Of a DNA stretch of 64,000 nucleotides, positions 47,245-54,965 are shown in pieces. Location: NCBI GenBank assembly GCA_045126855.1, contig JBGVPG010000008.1:66158-130157 (forward strand), given 5' to 3'. The position numbers and the translations under genes are program-made. The notes beneath the pieces were generated by a model. It saw nothing but the letters and a program-made list of their open reading frames with translations, did no database searches and was not told the DNA's origin. The DNA comes from Eubacteriales bacterium. Its GTDB lineage: Bacteria; Bacillota; Clostridia; Oscillospirales; CAG-272. Position 1 is the stretch's first letter, and each line of letters opens with the position of its first letter.

Positions 47245-47345
47245 ACGGTCTGCCTTTTTTTCTTTGTGAAAATGTATAAATGGGATATTTTTCGATACGA
47301 TCCTGTACTTGTTTATTCATTGTATTACCTCGATAAGATGGGAAA

Positions 47346-48005
47346 CTATCTCTTTTTATAGATGATCAACTCGGGGTTTTCTCCGTTTTCCTCATAACTG
47401 CATATCAGAAGAAAATCCATATTCGCTGCAATACCAATACATCTACCGCCAAAATCACTTTCAAGCTGACTGCCGAGATAGGTTTGCTTATCGTCAAGGA
47501 ATTTGACTATATTCCCGTTAGGGAGAGTGTATTCCATATTGATAAATTCGCCCGAAAGCACGTTAAGGTTTTCAACCTTCGGCAATCCTTCGTTTTTCAA
47601 AAGTGCGTTGAACTCGTTTATTAATTGCGATTTGAATTCCTCGAGCTTTTCTTTTCCGCCTATTTTTGCGTACTGCTTCCAGATATCAAGCGTGTACTCT
47701 CCGTCAGCATAGCACCACTTGCAATATTCCTCGTTAAACAGTCCGTCAAGCTCCCGGCTGATATTACAGTCCTCGAGAGGCATTCCGCAGCATTGGCAAA
47801 AAAGCTCCCTTGGAGAGCCGAGCAGAGTGTTTATGGACACATCAAACAACCGCGAGAGTAGCTTGAGAGTTTCAATATTCGGTGTTGTTTCGCCGTTTTC
47901 CCAACGTGAAACAGCCTGTCTTGTCACAAATACCTTCTCAGCGAGTGCCTCCTGCGAGAGGCCGTTTTTTGTTCTTAGTTCAAAAATTACGTCTTTTGTA
48001 TTCAT
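47346..48005 (-). CDS. XRE-family HTH regulator with zinc ribbon and unassigned C-terminal domain
   Basis: 219 aa; HTH LSQEALAEKVFVTRQAVSRWENG; CQCCGMPL...YCKWCY ribbon. Confidence 0.85.
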   Translation of the reverse strand: MNTKDVIFELRTKNGLSQEALAEKVFVTRQAVSRWENGETTPNIETLKLLSRLFDVSINTLLGSPRELFCQCCGMPLEDCNISRELDGLFNEEYCKWCYADGEYTLDIWKQYAKIGGKEKLEEFKSQLINEFNALLKNEGLPKVENLNVLSGEFINMEYTLPNGNIVKFLDDKQTYLGSQLESDFGGRCIGIAANMDFLLICSYEENGENPELIIYKKR

Positions 48006-48036
48006 AAAAAGCTCCTATTAGCAGTGATTTGAATAC

Positions 48037-48083
48037 ATTATATCATAAATTTTATAGGTTAGCAAGCAACCGCTTGTTGCTAA
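48037..48083 (-). promoter_or_regulatory. XRE gene promoter with overlapping imperfect palindrome
   Basis: minus strand TTGCTA (48065-48060), 17 nt, TATAAT (48042-48037); palindrome TTAGCAAGCAAC C GCTTGTTGCTAA 48059-48083. Confidence 0.45.
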
Positions 48084-48258
48084 GATAAAATGCACCTACT
48101 AAAAAGGCAACGATAGGTTTGATCCTACTCTATCCCGATTGCCTTATGATCCGGGAGCTTGTTCCCGGTGGCTTAGAGGGTGTGCACGGTTATATTAACT
48201 ACAAAATGTACGATGCTCTCAGCTAATCAAAAATTAATTGATATTTTTGTGAAAAGGG

Positions 48259-48287
48259 TTGATTTTTGTATTAATATATGATATAAT
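48259..48287 (+). promoter_or_regulatory. sigma-A type promoter of S-box/metK
   Basis: TTGATT 48259-48264, 17 nt, TATAAT 48282-48287 with TG extension. Confidence 0.55.
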
Positions 48288-48305
48288 GCTATCGAAAAAA
48301 ATAAT

Positions 48306-48428
48306 GCTTATCAAGAGTGGTGGAGGGACTGGCCCTGTGAAACCCGGCAACCTGTTTTTTCAAGGTGCTAATTCCCGATAGATGAGTTGTGCTCAAAAGC
48401 TCGGGGGTCAAGTGCCTCCCGAGCTTTT
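48306..48428 (+). promoter_or_regulatory. SAM-I (S-box) riboswitch with terminator expression platform
   Basis: CTTATCAAGAGTGGTGGAGGGACTGGCCCTGTGAAACCCGGCAACC...GGTGCTAATTCC...GATGAG matches the S-box core; terminator AAAAGCTCGGG...CCCGAGCTTTT 48395-48428. Confidence 0.9.
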
Positions 48429-48450
48429 GATATATACGAAAGGAAACAAT

Positions 48451-49629
48451 ATGAAAAAGATTCTTTTTACATCCGAGTCTGTTACTGAGGGACATCCCGA
48501 CAAAATCTGCGACAAAATATCGGATGCAATTCTTGATGAAATGCTTGCACAGGATCCTATGTCCCGTGTAGCATGTGAGACCTTTGCCACAACGGGTATA
48601 ATTACCGTTATGGGTGAGATCACCACAAAGGCGCGCGTTGATATTCAGAAGATCGTGCGTGACACGGTAACCGAGATCGGCTATGACAGGGCAAAGTACG
48701 GCTTTGATGCAGGTACTTGTGCCGTTCTCAGCTCTATTCACGAGCAGAGCGCGGATATCGCTCTTGGCGTTGATAAGTGCCTTGAGGCAAAGGAGGGCGA
48801 GTACGACCAGCTGGACACCGGTGCAGGTGACCAGGGCCTTATGTTCGGATATGCTTGTGATGAGACTCCCGAGCTTATGCCTCTGCCCATTTCTCTTGCT
48901 CACAAGCTTGCAAAGCGCCTTACCGAGGTAAGAAAGAACGGAACGCTCTCCTACCTTCGTCCTGACGGAAAGACCCAGGTTACCATTGAATATATCGACG
49001 GTGTTCCCAGCCGTGTGGACACTATCGTAGTATCCTCTCAGCATTCTGCTGACGTTGACAGCGCTACTATTCGTAAGGATATTATTGACAAGGTTATTCT
49101 TCCTATCATTCCCGGTGAGCTTCTTGACGGAAAGGTTAATATTTACGTTAACCCTACCGGCCGCTTTGTAATCGGCGGTCCTCAGGGTGACACAGGCCTC
49201 ACGGGTAGAAAGATCATCGTTGATACCTACGGCGGTTACTCCCGTCACGGCGGTGGCGCATTCTCCGGCAAGGACCCCACAAAGGTTGACCGTAGTGCAT
49301 CCTACGCAGCAAGATACGTTGCCAAGAATATCGTTAAGGCAGGTCTTGCTAAGAAGTGCGAGGTTCAGATCGCATACGCAATCGGTATTGCAAAGCCCGT
49401 ATCGGTTATGATCGATACATTCGGCACTGCAACCGTTGATGAGGAGAAGATCGTTGCGGCTGTAAATCAGCTCGTTGATCTTCGTCCTGCAGCAATCATT
49501 AAGAAGTTCGAGCTTAGAAAGCCTATTTACAAGCAGCTCGCAGCCTATGGACACATGGGTAGAGAAGAGCTTGGCGTAAAGTGGGAAGAGACCGACATTG
49601 CGGACAAGCTTGCAGAGCTTTGCAAGTAA
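48451..49629 (+). CDS. metK: S-adenosylmethionine synthetase
   Basis: start ATG 48451 ([18 protein letters not shown]); [15 protein letters not shown] motifs; the track ORF start 48382 lies inside the riboswitch. Confidence 0.95.
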   Translation: MKKILFTSESVTEGHPDKICDKISDAILDEMLAQDPMSRVACETFATTGIITVMGEITTKARVDIQKIVRDTVTEIGYDRAKYGFDAGTCAVLSSIHEQSADIALGVDKCLEAKEGEYDQLDTGAGDQGLMFGYACDETPELMPLPISLAHKLAKRLTEVRKNGTLSYLRPDGKTQVTIEYIDGVPSRVDTIVVSSQHSADVDSATIRKDIIDKVILPIIPGELLDGKVNIYVNPTGRFVIGGPQGDTGLTGRKIIVDTYGGYSRHGGGAFSGKDPTKVDRSASYAARYVAKNIVKAGLAKKCEVQIAYAIGIAKPVSVMIDTFGTATVDEEKIVAAVNQLVDLRPAAIIKKFELRKPIYKQLAAYGHMGREELGVKWEETDIADKLAELCK

Positions 49630-49642
49630 TTACAGAATATTT

Positions 49643-49675
49643 AAAAGAGGGACACCGAAGTGTCCCTCTTTTTTT
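49643..49675. terminator. bidirectional terminator between metK and the lipoprotein operon
   Basis: AGAGGGACAC CGAA GTGTCCCTCT flanked by A-run and T-run. Confidence 0.8.
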
Positions 49676-49691
49676 GATCTAATTACTGGTT

Positions 49692-52600
49692 TTACTGTGC
49701 TGCGGGCATTGCAACGGTGTAGCCGTAGCCAAGCACAAAGCCCATGTTGTTCTGATGCATTGCAATGTAATCTCCCATCTTGAGGCCCTCGTGATTCATT
49801 GCGTCCATTGTAGGATCACCGGTAAGGGCTGTCAGAAGGGTCTCGCCGTTGAAGATACCAACGCCGCCTGCGCAGGTATTGAAGACGGGAGCCTGACCGC
49901 CAGTGGAAGCAACTGCCTGAGCAACGAACTGGTTGCCATAGCCGATGGGCTTGCCTGTACCTGCGTGAGGTGCAGTGTACTTATCACTCATATCCATATA
50001 GGTGATGCCACCCTTGGTGAAGCTGCCGTCGAGGTCGTCGGTGCCGTTCATCATTTCGGCAACGGTTTCGCCCTGAGCGAGCTGGATCATTACGATGTTC
50101 ATATATACGGTGCCGCCGGAGGTATTTCCGTTCTCATCCTCCTGGGTGATATAGGTGGTGCCAAGAACGCCCTGAAGGATATAACCCAGCTGCTTGATCT
50201 GCTGAGCAGTACCTGTAACGCCCATTGCCTTAAACCAAGCCTCCTCGCCGGTTACGAAGGTCCAGATTTCTGTTGCAGCATCGATGTTTACCACACCGCC
50301 GCACTTATCGGTTCTGTTCTCGCCGGTGTGAGCGGTCTGAGAAATAATTACGGGACCGCCGCACTTGGTGATAGAGGAGTTAGTAACGTTGAGGGTTGCT
50401 GCAGGGTAGTTCTCTCTGGGATATTCATCCTCAGACTGAACGATGTTTGTTGCCCAGATGAAAATGTGGTTCTGCCAGGAGTTGTAAAGCTTACACTCAT
50501 TAAGATTTGCGGTTGTGAAGTCACCGTCGATGAAGAAGCTGATGTAGAAGGCTTCCATTCTTACGTTCTCGAGATTTGCTTCCTGGTAAATAACCTTCAT
50601 ACCGATAAGACCTCTCATATCACGGTCTGCAGTCATTACGTTGTCGGTATTGGGGTTATCGTCTCTCATATAGAGGCTATTGATGTTAAGCTTGTACTGA
50701 GTGTGATCGTAGTTGCCATCGGTAGCGGGTGCGGTAAATCTGAAGAGCTGACCGTTAGATACGGTGTCACCCTGATTACCTGTTCCGGGGGCACATACGT
50801 TGGGAAGGTTATAGGAGAATACGGTGTAGTAGTTACCGTAAAGACTGAAGGTCTTTGTGGGGCTGTCGTTTACGTGGTGGAAAATAGTAAGATAGTCCCA
50901 AAGCTCGTTGTTGCGGTTTGCGCCAACGAAGTATTCAGCAGGAATATCGGTGGTCTTGATGATAAGGTCGTTGTGAATTACGAGACCTGCAAGATTCTCG
51001 GGTCTTACAGCGCCCTTGGTTTTAAGGAAGTCGTCAACGATCTGGGGCTGAGTTCTGGTTTCCCCGGTGAGCCAATCACCGATATTTGTTTCATTTGCGT
51101 TGGTGAGATAGTTAAGCTCCCAAGCCTCGTAGATGTTATAACCGTCAACAACGGTAACGTCGAGAGATCTGGTCATTTCAGCCTCATTGCCATCAACGCC
51201 GTGAAGGGGACGTGTCTTAATGGTAAATGTCTTGCCGATTGCTTCCTCGGTGAAATCAATGCTGTTCTTTTCTGCGTTGATAACAACGTACTTGTCAAGC
51301 TCATCGCCTTCAAGAGTTACGCTATTAAGAACGATCTCGAAATAGCTTACGTAAGAGGAGAAGCCTTCAACGTAGTTATCATTCTCATCAAGAATGGTAA
51401 GAGAAAGCTTGAAGATGAAGGGATTGTCATCGCCTACAACGTAGCCGTACTCCTTGTTAAGGAAGAGTTCCTTCTTGGAGTCAAGTCCGGAGAGAGAGGC
51501 GGGCATATCTACGCCGAAGATATAGTAGTTGATGTTAGGGTCGATAACTGCGATAGTAAGCTTTTCGGATACAACGCCGCCGTAGGATGCGGTGATGTAG
51601 TAATCGTCGTTGCTGATTACTTCTACGTCAAGGTGGCTGAGGTCAACTGTAACACCGTCAAGAACGCTACGTGTGACAACAGAGTCGTCAGAAAGAGTGA
51701 GAAGAACCGAGAGAGTGCTAGCATCAAATGCCTCGCCAACGGGATGCTCAACCTTAACGCTGTTGGTGTTAATGGTGATCTTCTTGATAGAAAGAACTGT
51801 GAGTGTGTACTCAGCGGTAATGCTTTCGTCATCAAGATACTTAGCGGTGATCTTGAACTCGCCGGCTTCGGTAACCTCAAGGGAGGAGAAGGAAAGCTTT
51901 GCGTTCTCAATAGTTTTGGTAGTACCGTTATTAAGAGTGGCGGTAGCGGTTACGCCGCTGGTGTCGATCTTGTCACCGAAGACAAGCTTGCCGTTTGCAG
52001 CCTCGTATCCGGTGGTCTTAATGACCATGGAAACAGCTACGGGAGGAGTGGTAGAAAGGGTGAGCTCTGCGGTCTGATTCTTGTAGGTAACGGTTACAAG
52101 AGTGCCATTCTGCTCAACGGTGAGGTCCTTGAGATCAACCTTAAGTCTTGCGCCGTTGTTATAGTTTGCATATACGATCATATTATCGTAAACAAACTCA
52201 GTGCCCTCGGTAATAACGGTATCGATGCTGTCGCCGTCGATCTCAATACCGGTGAGGAGGATCTCCTGCACGGTGATTTCAAGCTCAGTCTTCTTGCCCA
52301 TATAGGTAATGGTAAGAGTCTGAGTGCCGAGCTCGGATGTATCGATGTTGCCGCCGTTGTGCTTGATGTTAGCGTTGGTGGCAACCTCCTGAGTTTCCTC
52401 GGTGCCGTTGTTATACTTAACAAGAATTACGATCTTGTCGAAGTTGATAATGTCGTTCTGGAAGACGTTGGTGTTAATACCGGAGAGATACTGAATACTC
52501 TCAACGGTACGATTTGTTCCGATAGCCTTGTCGTTTACAACTACCTCATAAGAGGTGCTGAAGTCCTTGTAGCTAACGGTAAGACTTTTCTTACCAGCGG

Positions 52601-52838
52601 TGGAGGTGTCAATGGTACCAAAGGTAAGCTGAGATGCCTCAACGTTCTCGGTAGAGCCATCGTTATAAGTAACGATCGCCTTTACACCGGAGAAATCGGG
52701 GGTATCGCCAATGGTGTACTCGGTCTTAAGACCTTCGGTGATTTCGATGCTCTGAACCTGCTTCTGTCCGCGACAGCCGGTGAGAAGAAGGGTCACGGTG
52801 AGAATGAGGAGGAGTGCTAAGGATAAAAACTTTTTCAT
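49692..52838 (-). CDS. 1,048-aa lipoprotein: five tandem Ig-like repeats + ~600-aa unassigned C-terminal region
   Basis: start ATG 52838 (GGAG 6 nt upstream); lipobox LLTGC; five ~80-aa repeats with pattern YTIGD..D.SG....YNDG....DTS..G...LTV.Y; remainder unassigned. Confidence 0.85.
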   Translation of the reverse strand: MKKFLSLALLLILTVTLLLTGCRGQKQVQSIEITEGLKTEYTIGDTPDFSGVKAIVTYNDGSTENVEASQLTFGTIDTSTAGKKSLTVSYKDFSTSYEVVVNDKAIGTNRTVESIQYLSGINTNVFQNDIINFDKIVILVKYNNGTEETQEVATNANIKHNGGNIDTSELGTQTLTITYMGKKTELEITVQEILLTGIEIDGDSIDTVITEGTEFVYDNMIVYANYNNGARLKVDLKDLTVEQNGTLVTVTYKNQTAELTLSTTPPVAVSMVIKTTGYEAANGKLVFGDKIDTSGVTATATLNNGTTKTIENAKLSFSSLEVTEAGEFKITAKYLDDESITAEYTLTVLSIKKITINTNSVKVEHPVGEAFDASTLSVLLTLSDDSVVTRSVLDGVTVDLSHLDVEVISNDDYYITASYGGVVSEKLTIAVIDPNINYYIFGVDMPASLSGLDSKKELFLNKEYGYVVGDDNPFIFKLSLTILDENDNYVEGFSSYVSYFEIVLNSVTLEGDELDKYVVINAEKNSIDFTEEAIGKTFTIKTRPLHGVDGNEAEMTRSLDVTVVDGYNIYEAWELNYLTNANETNIGDWLTGETRTQPQIVDDFLKTKGAVRPENLAGLVIHNDLIIKTTDIPAEYFVGANRNNELWDYLTIFHHVNDSPTKTFSLYGNYYTVFSYNLPNVCAPGTGNQGDTVSNGQLFRFTAPATDGNYDHTQYKLNINSLYMRDDNPNTDNVMTADRDMRGLIGMKVIYQEANLENVRMEAFYISFFIDGDFTTANLNECKLYNSWQNHIFIWATNIVQSEDEYPRENYPAATLNVTNSSITKCGGPVIISQTAHTGENRTDKCGGVVNIDAATEIWTFVTGEEAWFKAMGVTGTAQQIKQLGYILQGVLGTTYITQEDENGNTSGGTVYMNIVMIQLAQGETVAEMMNGTDDLDGSFTKGGITYMDMSDKYTAPHAGTGKPIGYGNQFVAQAVASTGGQAPVFNTCAGGVGIFNGETLLTALTGDPTMDAMNHEGLKMGDYIAMHQNNMGFVLGYGYTVAMPAAQ

Positions 52839-52865
52839 AATTTTCTCCATTTCCGTCTTTCGACT

Positions 52866-53264
52866 TTATTTAAAAATTATTTTTATTGTATCGCTTTGTT
52901 GAGTTCCGTCTGCCGAGGTTACGGTGATGTCGATAGTACCCTTGGAGGTAAAAGTAACAAGACCGTTTTCGTCGACCGAAACGAATGAATTTTGCTTATC
53001 GTAGTTGAAGGTAACCTTGCCGTTGGTGGCATTGTCGGGCGTTACGACCCATACAAGCTGGTACTGGCGGTTTCCGTTTTCGTCAGGAGAGAGGATAACG
53101 ACCTTGGATCCCGTTGAGGTATACTGTGCGTTTTCCTCAATAATCTCGACCTGGCTGACGTATATAACTTCATTGAAGGTCTTGTGCTTAAGACCGAAAA
53201 GCGTTACGGCTACGATAGAAAGGCCGTAAATCACTCCAATAATAATGACAACTGACTTTTTCAT
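52866..53264 (-). CDS. N-terminally membrane-anchored single Ig-like (Big_2-like) domain protein
   Basis: 132 aa; TM VVIIIGVIYGLSIVAVTLFGL; VTPDNATNGKVTF...VDENGLVTF..GT..ITVTS; ATG abuts upstream stop. Confidence 0.75.
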   Translation of the reverse strand: MKKSVVIIIGVIYGLSIVAVTLFGLKHKTFNEVIYVSQVEIIEENAQYTSTGSKVVILSPDENGNRQYQLVWVVTPDNATNGKVTFNYDKQNSFVSVDENGLVTFTSKGTIDITVTSADGTQQSDTIKIIFK

Positions 53265-54962
53265 TTAATTCTCCTTATAATAAAGCTTTATGGTGGAGAA
53301 GTAGAGGTATACTCTGTAAAGCATACAGCCAAGTCCTACGAGGAAGATCTTTAAATATACGGTATCAAGCGAGAGAGAACCAAGTTTGATAACGCCTATA
53401 GCCTCACTCTTATCGAGAAGAAGGAGGAAGGTCGCGCCTGCGGTAAGGAAGGCAATTATAAAGGCGGTAAGAGTTGCTTTTGTCTCGTTAGGATTGTTAT
53501 CCGTCGCGCCAACTGTTGCATAGATCTCATACTGAGGATTAAGCAGATCCTGCTCGGCACAGTACATAAGATGTGCAAAGTAAATCGTGAGAATTCCAAG
53601 CATAAGAACTATTGCATCTAACGCACCGAGGTTAGACTGTGTAATCAAAATAACCGTGGTTGCAATAAGACCAATGATGCAGTAAAGTGCATCGGGCATA
53701 AGCTTGGAGAAGAGAAGTATATCGGGATTGGTAGGCTGTGTTTTGATAAGATACGCAGCACGTCCGTCTCTTGAATAAATGCTGGACGCCGTTGTGTTGG
53801 CATTCAGAGCAATGAGAAGTATGATCATTACGTTGAAGGTAATAACCAGGCTGTCTCCTATTTCGTCGGTGTTCATAGCATAGAACAGACGGTTAAGAAG
53901 GAAGGTCAGAAGGGGAATGGAAATCAAAATACCTACGTTTGAGAATGCTCTCGTGGGATTTTTGATTGCAGAAATAAACTCGGTAAAGAAGGTTGTAAGC
54001 TTCTTTGAATGAACAATGTTCTTTCTGGGCTTCACAGCCTTTTTCAGATACTCGAAGGGGGTACTTGCCATCTTGTAGAAGATGGGGAGCACGATGATCA
54101 TACCGACTGCAAGGCAGCCTACGGTCATTCCCAGAAGAATAAGGAAACGGACAATAGTATCCACAGCGGAGAAGCTTACGTAAATAATATCGTATATCTC
54201 GCCAAGGAACATCAGGGTCAGATCATAGTAGAATTTGAAATCAACTGCAAACTGAGCGAGTCTTCGCTGAATATTCAGGGTGATGATGGGCCATGTTGCA
54301 AGAAGGTCAAGATTCTTGGGTATAAGAGAAACCGCAAGGAACAGACCTACGATAACACCCGAAACAAGAACAATAAGAGTTCCTATCTGAAGATATCTGT
54401 TCTGCCTGAAAATATTGGAGATCCACATAGCAGGAACAGAAAGAATAGTGCCGACTGCTACTGTGAAAAGTGAAACGAGGGTGAAGCAAACTATGATCCA
54501 AAGGTATGTCCACGCGGGATAACCGTGGAGAATATAGTATGCGAAGAAGAGTGGGATAATAAAACCGAAGTTTCTCTTCAGCTCAAATGCGAAGAAGATT
54601 ATGAGCTTCGAAAGGAATACCTGTATAGGTTTACAGGGAAGTGTGAGCAGAATTGCGTTGTCGCGGGAGAAGTAAATTGCCTTCGTAAGTCCTGCGGTAC
54701 AGGAGATTATAGATGCAATCAGCATAACGCCAAAGGCAATAGACATTACGGTTGTGGGTGTTCTCTGTACTGAACTGAATATACCGAGGTAATTCACGAG
54801 ATAAAGGAGAACCGCCAGAACTGCGGTTATCACCGCAAACTTCAGCAAAGCAAACACTATGTTGACAAACAACTGGAAGGGGCTTATCTTCTCACGCTCG
54901 AGGGCCTTGAGATTCAGCTTTTCCTTCAGCTGCATCTTAACGAGTGTAATTAAGTTTTTCAT
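53265..54962 (-). CDS. polytopic membrane protein, putative ABC-exporter permease
   Basis: 565 aa, >=12 hydrophobic helices, no soluble domain; 3 nt after the ABC ATPase fusion gene; family assignment from memory only. Confidence 0.7.
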   Translation of the reverse strand: MKNLITLVKMQLKEKLNLKALEREKISPFQLFVNIVFALLKFAVITAVLAVLLYLVNYLGIFSSVQRTPTTVMSIAFGVMLIASIISCTAGLTKAIYFSRDNAILLTLPCKPIQVFLSKLIIFFAFELKRNFGFIIPLFFAYYILHGYPAWTYLWIIVCFTLVSLFTVAVGTILSVPAMWISNIFRQNRYLQIGTLIVLVSGVIVGLFLAVSLIPKNLDLLATWPIITLNIQRRLAQFAVDFKFYYDLTLMFLGEIYDIIYVSFSAVDTIVRFLILLGMTVGCLAVGMIIVLPIFYKMASTPFEYLKKAVKPRKNIVHSKKLTTFFTEFISAIKNPTRAFSNVGILISIPLLTFLLNRLFYAMNTDEIGDSLVITFNVMIILLIALNANTTASSIYSRDGRAAYLIKTQPTNPDILLFSKLMPDALYCIIGLIATTVILITQSNLGALDAIVLMLGILTIYFAHLMYCAEQDLLNPQYEIYATVGATDNNPNETKATLTAFIIAFLTAGATFLLLLDKSEAIGVIKLGSLSLDTVYLKIFLVGLGCMLYRVYLYFSTIKLYYKEN

Positions 54963-54965
54963 TCC

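Noticed and set aside
47048-47320. 90-aa minus-strand ORF
   Set aside because: Only the first ~20 codons follow a good RBS. The rest reads through module D, a bidirectional terminator and module B. I treat it as a possible truncated gene stump (see finding), not a gene.
48289-49554. 421-aa minus-strand ORF over metK and the S-box
   Set aside because: It is a codon-aligned shadow of metK and also runs through the riboswitch and terminator, which is incompatible with a real gene.
49755-52820. 1,021-aa ORF on the plus strand
   Set aside because: It is exactly codon-aligned antisense to the lipoprotein gene, which has a lipobox, Ig-like repeats, an RBS and operon context. The shadow ORF has no RBS or promoter and a low-complexity G/V/C-rich translation. 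It is explained by the lack of TTA/CTA/TCA codons in the sense gene.
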